A DNA stretch of 60,268 nucleotides, the filler included. It is 5 parts of 5 records of this genome, joined end to end, with 100 filler letters (N's around TTAATTAATTAA, not from the genome) between each part and the next. Parts side by side here need not be neighbours in the genome. Positions count along the whole stretch, not along the records: positions 7,931 to 21,226 come from SRR31156797_9541; 4 more parts are not named here. One strand, given 5' to 3'. Below are positions 11,301 through 20,369 of this stretch, piece after piece. A model generated the notes under the pieces. The model saw only the letters and a list, made by a program, of their open reading frames with translations, did not search any database and had not been told where the DNA came from. Position 1 is the first letter of the stretch, and every line of letters starts with the position of its first letter. Position numbers and translations under genes: made by a program.

Positions 11301-12826
11301 GCAAACTTTTGTCTAAAGAAATCTGTAAAGTTTCTATTTGCATTTGAAAAACATGCAAGAGGAGTATCATCTCCCATAGATCCTGTTGGCTCTTTTGCAT
11401 CATCAGCCATAGGGATGATCATCTGATCTAAAACTTCATAGGTAATATTTGCATATTTTTGTCTATGTGTAAGATCATCAAACATATAATCACTATGATC
11501 TAAAAATGTATCTTCAACATACTCTTGAAGATATTTCATATTATTTGTAAGCCACTTCTCATAATTTTGTGTAGATTTAAGATAATCGTTAATATCTTTA
11601 TTTTTTAAGATTGCTCCATTTTTAAGATCAATTGCGATCATTTGACCACTTTGTAATCTTCCTCTATCAATAATATCCTCTTCATCAAAAAGTACTGTTC
11701 CATATTCACTTGTGATAAAAATTCTATCATCTTTTGTTCTAAAATATTTTGATGGTCTTAAACCATTTCTATCGATCAGACACCCTACATGTCTTCCATC
11801 AGTAAGTGATACGGCAGCTGGTCCATCCCATGCTTCAAATCTAATGGCACTAAACTCATAAAATGATCGTAGTTCACTATCCATATATGGAGCATTTTGC
11901 CAAGGAGCAGGTACTAGACTTCTTGCTGCTTTAAAATAATCCATCCCATTTACCATCAAGAATTCAAACATATTATCTAAGCTAGCACTATCACTTCCAC
12001 CATCTTGTAAAATAGGGAAGATTCTTGAAAGCTCTTCATCACTAAATACTTCAGATTTAATTGATTCTGTTTTTACTGCTACATTAAATCTATTTGCTTC
12101 AATTGAGTTGATCTCTCCATTATGAGCAATTCCTCTAAATGGTTGAGCAAGTCTCCACTTTGGTAAAGTATTTGTTGAGAATCTTTGGTGAAATAGTGCA
12201 AAAGAGATCTTAAAATCTTCATCATTAAGATCTTTATAAAACTGCTTGATCGTCGTAGGCATTACAAGCCCTTTATACGCGATTACTTTTGCACTAAATG
12301 TTGGGATATAAAAATCCTCACTCTGCTTTAAATGATGCTCAGACTCTTTTCTTGCAAGATATAACATCGCTTCAAATCTTTTTGAAGAAACTAAAGTATT
12401 TGGTACTACAAATACCTGTACCATCTTTGGTAAGATTGAGAGTGCAAACTCTCCAAGAGCATCAGTATCAACTGGTACTTCTCTATTTAAAACAACTTTG
12501 AGATCATTTTTATCACAATAGCTTCTAAAAATATCTAATTGCTCTTCATCTTTTGCAAATACAAATGCTACAGCATACTGTTTTGGTAGATCCACTCCAT
12601 TTTGAAAAGCAACCTTTCTCATAAACTCATCTGGCATAGAAAGAAGTAATCCACTTCCATCCCCAGATTTACCATCAGCGGCAATCGCACCTCTATGCAT
12701 CATTCTTTCCAATGAAGTGATCGCATCTTCAAGGTTCTGATGTGTTGGTTTATTTTTTAGGTGAGCTAGTAGTCCAAACCCACAATTGTCTTTAAATGAA
12801 GTTAATTTATCTAAATTACAACCCAT
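8390..12826 (-). CDS. gltB: Glutamate synthase large subunit
   Basis: N-terminal CGFG, HQRFSTNT, FAQVTNPPID, QGAKPGEGGQLPG, CHTNKCSVGVATQ, GXGXG domain. Confidence 0.98.
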   Translation of the reverse strand: MGCNLDKLTSFKDNCGFGLLAHLKNKPTHQNLEDAITSLERMMHRGAIAADGKSGDGSGLLLSMPDEFMRKVAFQNGVDLPKQYAVAFVFAKDEEQLDIFRSYCDKNDLKVVLNREVPVDTDALGEFALSILPKMVQVFVVPNTLVSSKRFEAMLYLARKESEHHLKQSEDFYIPTFSAKVIAYKGLVMPTTIKQFYKDLNDEDFKISFALFHQRFSTNTLPKWRLAQPFRGIAHNGEINSIEANRFNVAVKTESIKSEVFSDEELSRIFPILQDGGSDSASLDNMFEFLMVNGMDYFKAARSLVPAPWQNAPYMDSELRSFYEFSAIRFEAWDGPAAVSLTDGRHVGCLIDRNGLRPSKYFRTKDDRIFITSEYGTVLFDEEDIIDRGRLQSGQMIAIDLKNGAILKNKDINDYLKSTQNYEKWLTNNMKYLQEYVEDTFLDHSDYMFDDLTHRQKYANITYEVLDQMIIPMADDAKEPTGSMGDDTPLACFSNANRNFTDFFRQKFAQVTNPPIDPYREKVVMSLNTGLGHAYNILEECPENSKRIKAASPILMKEKYDVLLSFGDEKSVHYDEDYKNRTFNTTFDGDLKQSLEKLYTDIKDAVVNDNVSIVILDDRSLGLDKKMIPIVFAVGYINQQLLEDNIRSTVSIVCVTSEIYDPHAAAVLFAFGAAVIYPYMMYASIVSFYERKNISPYELQQKLKNSSKAMGAGILKIMSKMGISTMASYRNSSLFDIIGLNDEIVKDCFHHANSDLSGLSYEDIEKRVEKIHFEAFHDDKTMFPLEMGGFYKYLDGGEYHDYAPAVTHAMHNKNATGKEDISDFKTLKKLVEGRDKKFIRDFFKFKTDKTPIAVEEVESKEDIFKRFAAAAMSCGSISVEAHEAIATAMNTIGGASNSGEGGEDPARFNTLKNSKIKQIASGRFGVTPGYLVNCEELQIKLAQGAKPGEGGQLPGAKVTEMIAKLRHTTPGVTLISPPPHHDIYSIEDLAQLIFDLKQINPTATVTVKLVSTIGVGTIAAGVAKAYADKIIISGADGGTGAAPLTSIKYTGNPWELGLVEAHNALKANHLRAQVHLQTDGGLKSGIDVVKAAMLGAESYAFGTAALTLLGCKILRICHTNKCSVGVATQDEDLREKFSGTVERLISYFTFLAEDVREILAHLGYSKMEDIIGRSDLLEVLDDEFAQKFDFQNVLRRVDGVDTCQVESNEPYDKNEESKKLLRKVMSTIENPSKPIAVAAEISNLNRSFGTLTSGEIARRYGDEGLAEDTITYNLTGVAGQSFGTFLSRGVTINLNGVANDYVGKGMNGGKIIIKPQLQGSEYAGAGNTCLYGATGGKLYVRAMVGERFAVRNSGCIAVVEGTGDSACEYMTGGIVVILGKTGINFGAGMTGGLGFIYDKDREFIDNMNQELIEALRIDTDDTELERIYLKNLLRDYVSQTESENAEYILEHFRSEIRNFWMVKPKDMKVLPLSPEQGD

Positions 12827-13087
12827 TATATTCCTTTGTTTGGTTATCTTAAGTCACGGTGATTAAGATTTTGTCTTATGTCATATCTCGAGATATTAAG
12901 ATATTAAGTTTATATTACTCATATAATTGAGAGAGTATATCTAAAATTTGTTTAAAAAGCTGTTAAATGGTATTTTTTTAGTTTACAAAATACTCATTAA
13001 TAAAATTTATTCTTATTTTAAAAGCTCTTTTGCTTATAGTTTTACTAAAAACTAAGTATAATGGGGAAAAATTTGTTAGGGTGTGGA

Positions 13088-13762
13088 ATGACTGTTGAAA
13101 ATGGAATTAAAAACTTAGATAAAATAATTACAAAAATTGAATTTGCAAGATTACAAAAAAGTGACCACCATATCGTCCAATTGCTTGCAATTAGTAAATA
13201 TTCAACAAGTGATGAGATAAAAGTTCTCTATCAAGCAGGTCAAAGAGCATTTGGAGAAAACAAAGTACAGGATCTAAAGAAAAAAATGGAAGAGCTTGAA
13301 GAGCTCCCTATTAGCTGGCATTTTGTAGGAACTTTACAAAAAAATAAGATCAACAACCTTATTGATCTAAATCCTGCTCTTATGCATTCTCTTGATTCAC
13401 TAGAATTAGCTGAAGAGTTAGATAAAAAACTAAAAGCTAAAAATAAAACTATGAATTGTCTTTTGCAGGTTAATTCAGCGTATGAGGAAACTAAAAGTGG
13501 AGTTGATCCAAAACTTGCAGTTGAAACTTATAAACAGATACAACAAAACTATCCAAATATACACCTTAAAGGGATCATGAGCATTGGTGCACATAGTGAT
13601 AATATAGAGTTAATTAAAAAAAGTTTTCAAGTCTCAAAAGAGATCTTTGATCAAATTGATGGAGATATTCTTTCGATGGGGATGAGTAGTGATTTTGATC
13701 TTGCTATTTTAAATGGAGCAACTATGGTCCGAATTGGAAGTGCTCTATTTAAGGAAAACTAG
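13088..13762 (+). CDS. yggS: PLP homeostasis protein YggS/PROSC
   Basis: AISKY, FGENKVQ, WHFVGTLQKNK, LSMGMSSDF, MVRIGS. Start may be 13061 instead. Confidence 0.93.
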   Translation: MTVENGIKNLDKIITKIEFARLQKSDHHIVQLLAISKYSTSDEIKVLYQAGQRAFGENKVQDLKKKMEELEELPISWHFVGTLQKNKINNLIDLNPALMHSLDSLELAEELDKKLKAKNKTMNCLLQVNSAYEETKSGVDPKLAVETYKQIQQNYPNIHLKGIMSIGAHSDNIELIKKSFQVSKEIFDQIDGDILSMGMSSDFDLAILNGATMVRIGSALFKEN

Positions 13763-13765
13763 CGA

Positions 13766-16744
13766 ATGAATTTTGTAACTAAACTTGTTTTTTCTATTCT
13801 CTTTTTTAGTACAACACTTCTTTATGCACAAAAAACTTTTACTGTCTCATACGATCCAGATTATGAACCTTTTTCATATCATGTAGATAATAAACCCCAT
13901 GGATTATTGATAGATATCTATACTCAATGGGCAAAAGCAAATAACTATAAAGTAAAATTCATCAATGGAAGAACATGGGATAATGCTGTAGAGCTTGCAA
14001 AGAATGGAAAAGTGGACTTTTTTTTAGGGACAGACCCTTATGAAGATTGGATGAAAGCCTCAACACCATACTATAAAACTAAAACATCTCTATTTCGTCT
14101 TATTTCATTAGATGAGAAGATCAAAACTATAGGAATCATAGGTGAAGACTACAAACAACTCCTTGAAAAAGAATTTCCAGGGATTAGAGTGCTCTCTTAT
14201 GAAACATATGATGATCTTATAAGTGACTTAGTTAAAAGTAAAATTGATGCAATCTATGATGATATCATCGCTTTATCAACTATTATTTTTCAAAAAAAAC
14301 TCAACCATTTAGTCAAACCAATACCAAAACTTTCTATCACCACGGATATTTGTGCCATATCTAATAAAAGTGAAAATACTCAGCTTTTCTCCAAAGGGTT
14401 TAAAAATATTTCAAATATAGATCTTCAAGAACTTGAAGCCAAATGGATCATCAATGAATCACAAAAATATTTTGTCAATAATCTAGGCCTTGAACTTACC
14501 AATGATGAAAAAAAATATATAGAGAGGAAAAAACTCTTAAATATCTGTATCAATCCATCTTGGGCACCAATAGAGTTTAAAAGAGAAGAAAATGCACTGG
14601 GGATCTCTTTTGATATTTTAAATATCTTAAAAGAAAAACTACAACTAGACTATCAAGTGATCACTACGTATTCTTGGAAAGAGTCCCAAGAGTTTTTAAA
14701 AGAGAAAAAATGTGATCTTTTACCAACTGCTGTAAAAACTAAAAAAAGAGAAAAGTTTGCAAACTTTACAAAACCATATTTAGAATATGATCTTGTAATC
14801 ATCACAAAAAGTGATGTGCCTGAGATTAAAAATATGAATACCCTTAGCTCTAAAACAATCTCTAGAAGAGAAGGGAGTGGATTAATTACTAAAGTAAAAA
14901 ACAACTACCCTAATATAAATGTTTTAGAGACAAAAAGTACAAAAGACTCTTTTGAAGCAATTTTAAAAGAGAAATCTGATTTTACTATTAGTACTATTCC
15001 TGTTTTTTTATACCATAAAAGTAAATATGATATACAAGGTCTAAAGATCAATGGATATACACCACTTAAATATAATCTAAGTATGGCAGTAAGAGATGAT
15101 GATCCTATACTTTTAAATATTTTAGATAAGTCTTTACAATCAATACCAAGTTCAACCTATAAACTTGTCCATGATAAATGGTCAACTGTTAAAGTAGTTG
15201 AAAAAACCAACTGGTCACTTATACTTCAAATCACAGCTTTTTTAATCGTAATAGTAATATTTATCCTTTTTTATAATAAAAAACTCTCACAAATGGTAAA
15301 AGAGAAAACTAAAGATATAGAGAAACAAAAAAATGAACTTAAAGAGTTAAGTGAATCGTTGGAGCTAAAAGTAAGTGCTAGAACAATTGAACTTGACAAT
15401 GCTATTAAAGAGATTGAAAATATTCATAAACACACCAAAGAATCGATCAGATATGCTTCACTTATACAAGGGGCTTTAATCCCTAACGATAAACTACTCA
15501 ACAGATACTTTAAAGAGAGTTTTGTTTACTGGATGCCAAAAGATACTGTAGGTGGAGATATTTGGCTCTTTAGCAAGCTACGGCATAAAGATGAGTGTTT
15601 ATTACTTTGTATAGATTGTACAGGACATGGAGTTCCAGGTGCCTTTGTAACTATGATCATAAAAGCAATTGAGAGAGAAGTGATAGCACTTATTAATGAT
15701 AATAAAAATATTGATGTAAGCCCTGCTTGGATCATGGGATACTTTAATAAAACTATGAAAGTGCTCTTAAAACAAAAAAATAAAAACAGTATCTCAAATG
15801 TTGGTTTTGATGGTGGAATCATCTATTATAATAGAAGAACTCAGATTGTTAAATTTGCTGGGGCTGAAACCTCTTTGTTTTATATGGATAAAAATAATGA
15901 ACTTCAAACTATCAAAGGAAATAGATACTCAGTTGGATATAAAAAATGTAATATGAACTATGAATATCAAGAAAATATTATTCATGTTGAAGAGGGGATG
16001 AAGTTTTATTGTACCACTGATGGATACCTTGATCAAAATGGAGGAGAGAAAGGTTTTCCATTTGGTAAAAAAAGATTTAAAGATATTATAGTAAACTATC
16101 ATAATAGTTCCATGGATGAACAAAAAGAGATCTTTGTAAACTCTATTTTACAATATGAAGCAGCTATTGAAGAGAATGAAAGAAATGACGATATGACCCT
16201 AATAGGATTTGAGATAGGACCACAATCAACTTACAAAGAAGATAATATCTTAGAGATCGTTCAATATTCAGGGGTCATTACCCAAAATGTTATAGCAGCA
16301 AGTATTGATAATATTGAATCAAAGATCGAAAATATAGGACTTATTGGAACACTGTCTACAATCACTATAGAGTACTTTCAAAATATGATGCATTATGCTA
16401 AAAATGAAGATATGGGTTCAAGACAGATCGTACCTGCAGGATCTATAGATGTGCAGCTTATCAATAATGAATATTATAAGGTCACTGCTACAAATATCAC
16501 CTCAATAGATGATAAAAATCGAATTGAACCAAGACTAGAAGAGATCTCAAAACTAGATCGAGCAGGAATTAGAAAACGATATAAAGAGCTTCGAAAAAGT
16601 GGAGAGAATACCCATGAAAAAGGTGGAGGGATTGGAATGTATGAGATTGCTAAGATATCACAAAAAATTGAGTATACCTTTGATTCAATCAATGAGGACA
16701 AATACTATTTTACCATGTCATCCATTGTGGAGAAAAAGAAGTAA
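13766..16744 (+). CDS. Membrane sensor: two periplasmic binding (SBP family 3) domains + TM + PP2C/SpoIIE phosphatase + C-terminal SiaB-type kinase
   Basis: Signal peptide; YDPDYEPFSY and NPSWAPIEF PBP starts; TM WSLILQ...FILFY; PP2C motifs VGGD, DCTGHGVPGA, TDGYLDQ, DDMT; SiaB-like YSGVITQ, EYFQNMMHY, GGGIGMYEIAK. Confidence 0.85.
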   Translation: MNFVTKLVFSILFFSTTLLYAQKTFTVSYDPDYEPFSYHVDNKPHGLLIDIYTQWAKANNYKVKFINGRTWDNAVELAKNGKVDFFLGTDPYEDWMKASTPYYKTKTSLFRLISLDEKIKTIGIIGEDYKQLLEKEFPGIRVLSYETYDDLISDLVKSKIDAIYDDIIALSTIIFQKKLNHLVKPIPKLSITTDICAISNKSENTQLFSKGFKNISNIDLQELEAKWIINESQKYFVNNLGLELTNDEKKYIERKKLLNICINPSWAPIEFKREENALGISFDILNILKEKLQLDYQVITTYSWKESQEFLKEKKCDLLPTAVKTKKREKFANFTKPYLEYDLVIITKSDVPEIKNMNTLSSKTISRREGSGLITKVKNNYPNINVLETKSTKDSFEAILKEKSDFTISTIPVFLYHKSKYDIQGLKINGYTPLKYNLSMAVRDDDPILLNILDKSLQSIPSSTYKLVHDKWSTVKVVEKTNWSLILQITAFLIVIVIFILFYNKKLSQMVKEKTKDIEKQKNELKELSESLELKVSARTIELDNAIKEIENIHKHTKESIRYASLIQGALIPNDKLLNRYFKESFVYWMPKDTVGGDIWLFSKLRHKDECLLLCIDCTGHGVPGAFVTMIIKAIEREVIALINDNKNIDVSPAWIMGYFNKTMKVLLKQKNKNSISNVGFDGGIIYYNRRTQIVKFAGAETSLFYMDKNNELQTIKGNRYSVGYKKCNMNYEYQENIIHVEEGMKFYCTTDGYLDQNGGEKGFPFGKKRFKDIIVNYHNSSMDEQKEIFVNSILQYEAAIEENERNDDMTLIGFEIGPQSTYKEDNILEIVQYSGVITQNVIAASIDNIESKIENIGLIGTLSTITIEYFQNMMHYAKNEDMGSRQIVPAGSIDVQLINNEYYKVTATNITSIDDKNRIEPRLEEISKLDRAGIRKRYKELRKSGENTHEKGGGIGMYEIAKISQKIEYTFDSINEDKYYFTMSSIVEKKK

Positions 16745-16756
16745 TCTTATATACTT

Positions 16757-17671
16757 TTACAAAATATTAAGACTATTATTTTGAGTATCTTTCAAAGCTT
16801 CTAAATGAGCTTGATTAACCCTTTCTTCCAATGAGCTATATGTATCTTGTTCTTTATATTGCGTCATTCCAATACTAAAAGTAAAAGTTACATTTGAAAG
16901 TTTTCTAGGAACATTTATAGAAGAGATAACTTTTTTAGCATCTTCAATATTTAATTTAGGAAAAATAAAATAAAAAAGATTATCCATAAAATAATACACT
17001 ATACTTTTAGCTCCCAAACCTACAGTAAAAAACTTATGAAGCCCTTTAATAATAGTATCTACATCACTATTAACCATATCTAATTGTAAAACCTTTTCAG
17101 AAAATTCATCAATTGCTAATTTTGCAATAGTTAAATCTTCTCCATGAGTTTCTACTATTTTTACTTGTTTTGTAAGAAGTGATTGAAAACTCATATTTTT
17201 AATCTCACTACTATTAATATCTCTTGATTTTATTTGTGGCTTTGTGGTTTGTTCAAACTGATGATGTATCTCATCAGTTTTATTCAGTTCTGTTTCTAGT
17301 TGAGAGGTATATTTTCTAAGATCTCTTAACTCTCTTTTTAAATTATTGATGATCTCTTTATCAGTTTGGGAATGTTTTTGTAAAACCTCTTTTGTTTTTC
17401 GATGCTCTTCAATATTATAAAGTATTTTGTCTCTGGCTTTTTGAACTGTATAATGTACATTTTCTTTTAATTGTTCATTATCTTCAATAACAGATTTTCC
17501 TATGGAATCATTCATAAGAGTTGTTTTATTAAATCTTTTAACTACTTTTTTATATTCACTTAAAAGATTTTTATATTGAAGATATGCTTCACTTTCACTT
17601 TTATAAAGTTTTAATAGATCTTCTAAAATAAATTCACTATATTCAATGGTTTTTTCTTCTCTTGTTTTCAT
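16757..17671 (-). CDS. SiaD-like coiled-coil protein with a degenerate GGDEF domain
   Basis: N-terminal coiled coil. C-terminal GGDEF-fold pattern (LTIAKLAIDEF, TFSIGMTQY, RVNQAHLEA), but YFMDNLF sits where R.GGEEF is expected. Starts 7 bp after siaC. Confidence 0.7.
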   Translation of the reverse strand: MKTREEKTIEYSEFILEDLLKLYKSESEAYLQYKNLLSEYKKVVKRFNKTTLMNDSIGKSVIEDNEQLKENVHYTVQKARDKILYNIEEHRKTKEVLQKHSQTDKEIINNLKRELRDLRKYTSQLETELNKTDEIHHQFEQTTKPQIKSRDINSSEIKNMSFQSLLTKQVKIVETHGEDLTIAKLAIDEFSEKVLQLDMVNSDVDTIIKGLHKFFTVGLGAKSIVYYFMDNLFYFIFPKLNIEDAKKVISSINVPRKLSNVTFTFSIGMTQYKEQDTYSSLEERVNQAHLEALKDTQNNSLNIL

Positions 17672-17678
17672 TCTTTAA

Positions 17679-18056
17679 CTATTTCTCAATAAGTTTTATT
17701 GAAAGTTCTTCAAAATCTTCTTGATAACCCTCTCCTATTTCAAAACTTGGCTTATTTGCCTTATCATACAACCAGTTTATTTTTAAGAAAGTTTTATCTT
17801 TATTTTCATCAAGAAAGTCAAAAAAGTCAAAAAATAGCTTTGAACTACTTGAATTAAAATAAATAATTTCCAAATCAACAGTAGTTGTCTCTTTTACTTT
17901 TCCATCAAAATAATTTTCCATCCATTCAAAAACTGGCTTATAAAATTCAAGTGTGTTTTCTGGGTAAGACTTTCCTCGAATAGTGATATAGCCTTTCTCA
18001 TATAACATTTCAACTTGTGGAGTAAACTTTGTCTCTTCTATTATCAAATCTTGCAT
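17679..18056 (-). CDS. siaC: SiaC-family regulatory phosphoprotein (DUF1987)
   Basis: TPQV, GKSYPEN..EFY.PV..W, YFNSSSSK, INWLYD; AGGAG RBS. Confidence 0.9.
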   Translation of the reverse strand: MQDLIIEETKFTPQVEMLYEKGYITIRGKSYPENTLEFYKPVFEWMENYFDGKVKETTTVDLEIIYFNSSSSKLFFDFFDFLDENKDKTFLKINWLYDKANKPSFEIGEGYQEDFEELSIKLIEK

Positions 18057-18128
18057 TTAATAACACTCCTTTATATTTTTAATTTTTTAATTCTAACCAC
18101 TCTTAGATTAATTTAGTGTAAAAATTAT

Positions 18129-20183
18129 TTATATTTTTAATCCTATTACTGTTATATCATCATTTCTATCTTCATCCCCTTGATATTCTAATAACTCTTT
18201 TATTAGTATATCTTTTTGAGTATTACACTCTTTTTTGTAGCTTTTTTCTATTATAGATCTAAAACTATCTCTTCCAAAACAAAACCCTTTTTCTCCACCA
18301 TTTTGATCTAAATAACCATCCGTAGTCAAATAAAACTGCATCCCCTCTTTTACATCTATAATATGCTCTTTAAAAGTAAAATTAATATCTGATTTTTTAT
18401 ATCCTATAGAGTGACGTGACCCTCTAATTCTTTTGAATTCATTGTTTTCATCAATATAAAATAGTGCTGTCTCTGCACCTGAAAATTTTATTTGCTGTTC
18501 TTTTTTATTATAGTAAATAATCCCAGCATCAAATCCAGCATTGGAAATACTCGTAGAGTTTTCTTGTTTTAAAAGTTTTTTCATAGTTTGATTAAAATAA
18601 CTCAAAATCCATGAAGGACTCACCTCTATATCGTCATTTGATGCAATAACTGCTGCTATTTGTCTTTCAATCGCTTTAACTAACATAGTCACAAATGCTC
18701 CAGGAACTCCATGCCCTGTACAATCTACTACCATAAGTAAGCACTCATCATCATGTCGCAACTCTTCAAATAAATAGATATCTCCACCAACTATATCTTT
18801 TGGCTCCCAAATTACAAAAAAGTCACTAAAGTATTTTTTAAATACTTTATTATCTGGGACTATTGCTTGCTGGATCAAAGAAGCATACTCAATAGAATCT
18901 TTTGTATGTTTATGGAGTTCTTCAATTTTTTGTTTTTGTTCATCAAGTTCACTTATTACTTGATTAGTTAAACTTGTCAAAGCATCTAAAACTAAAAAAT
19001 GTTTATCATTAAAAAAATTATTACAAGTTCTGTTATTTTCAGTTTTATCTAAAACTATGTTTTGATTAAAGTCTTGTGTAGATTTTCTTTCAGATAACAT
19101 TAAAATAGTCAATGAAATATTTAAAAGATGGTTTTGTCCATTTTTATGAAATATTTCTCCATAAGTAAAAAAACCAGAAATTGGTGCTATATGATTGAGA
19201 GGTTCAAGTTCTTTTACAACATCAGATTGCATAAATGTAATTCTAGACGCACAACTATATGTAAACATTGCTTCAGGATAGTAATTGTTTAACTCTTTTG
19301 TTTTTTCTTTTGTACTATCTAAAACCATATTAACATTACCAAAAGCAAATCTTACTTTATCCCCTTCATATAGGTTACCAATTGTTTGCATTGATCCATC
19401 TTCAAATTGGTGTACAAAAGTACGGCATATCTCTAGACCGTTAGAATCTTTTTTAATAAGAGGAAACTCAATAGCTGAATGTGGTAAACTTTTTTTAATA
19501 TTAGGGCCTAAGTATTTACCATAAAGTTCACTTATATTTATGCCATCAATCTCATATAATCTTGTTCCATTTATTTTTGTAACAGTCATTTCTTTTCCAA
19601 TAGGTTGCCAGTTAAGTTGATAGTCTGTATAGACTTCTAAAACTTCACTTTGTAAAGAGACTGCAACTGCACCTTTATTATAAATCCCATCATTACAAAA
19701 AACAAAAGTATTTAAAAAGTTTCCATTGTCTCCCGACATCCCTCCAGCAATTGGAATACTATTATTTACTGAGGCAATACCATCTATGACATTACTTCCA
19801 TTAGTGAGCAATCCATCAATAAAAAGAATCATTGCTTTTGTATTACTTTCGTATAAGCTACTTGCTATATCAATACCAAGTGAAAACTCATCTTTATTGA
19901 CAAAGTAGCCACTTTTAATTGCAGTATCTGAAAATTCCATTACAGATATTACAATTCCTTGGGTTCCTATTTGTCCATTATATATTTCACCAGCTGTTGT
20001 AGTTCCTATAAAAGTTACTTTCGTATCTTTTGAAGTTATAATATCTATAACTTCTTGAATCTCTAGTTCTTTGATAAAACCACTAAATATTTGTAAGAGT
20101 GTTTTTTCTGAATTGATCTTTGATAGATCTAAATTTTGTTTTAATTCACTGATCGATTGAAAGTAGTGGTTTTTAACAGTCAT
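18129..20183 (-). CDS. FIST N/C sensor domains fused to a PP2C/SpoIIE phosphatase
   Basis: FIST motifs GTTTAGEI, IAGGMSGD, WQPIG, YSCASR, GFFTYGEI; PP2C motifs VGGD, DCTGHGVPGA, TDG, DDIT. ATG at 20183 preferred. Confidence 0.88.
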   Translation of the reverse strand: MTVKNHYFQSISELKQNLDLSKINSEKTLLQIFSGFIKELEIQEVIDIITSKDTKVTFIGTTTAGEIYNGQIGTQGIVISVMEFSDTAIKSGYFVNKDEFSLGIDIASSLYESNTKAMILFIDGLLTNGSNVIDGIASVNNSIPIAGGMSGDNGNFLNTFVFCNDGIYNKGAVAVSLQSEVLEVYTDYQLNWQPIGKEMTVTKINGTRLYEIDGINISELYGKYLGPNIKKSLPHSAIEFPLIKKDSNGLEICRTFVHQFEDGSMQTIGNLYEGDKVRFAFGNVNMVLDSTKEKTKELNNYYPEAMFTYSCASRITFMQSDVVKELEPLNHIAPISGFFTYGEIFHKNGQNHLLNISLTILMLSERKSTQDFNQNIVLDKTENNRTCNNFFNDKHFLVLDALTSLTNQVISELDEQKQKIEELHKHTKDSIEYASLIQQAIVPDNKVFKKYFSDFFVIWEPKDIVGGDIYLFEELRHDDECLLMVVDCTGHGVPGAFVTMLVKAIERQIAAVIASNDDIEVSPSWILSYFNQTMKKLLKQENSTSISNAGFDAGIIYYNKKEQQIKFSGAETALFYIDENNEFKRIRGSRHSIGYKKSDINFTFKEHIIDVKEGMQFYLTTDGYLDQNGGEKGFCFGRDSFRSIIEKSYKKECNTQKDILIKELLEYQGDEDRNDDITVIGLKI

Positions 20184-20369
20184 TTTATAGAACCTTTTAA
20201 CTAATTTGAAAGCCAAGTATTTTGATCTTGAGTAAAAAGAGTATCAAATGTAAAACTATACATAACAAGAATACATATGATACTCATAATATATTTAATT
20301 TTATTTACCAACAGATCAATCCTTGGAAATATATCTTTACATATTATAACTCAAACTCTATAAACTTCA

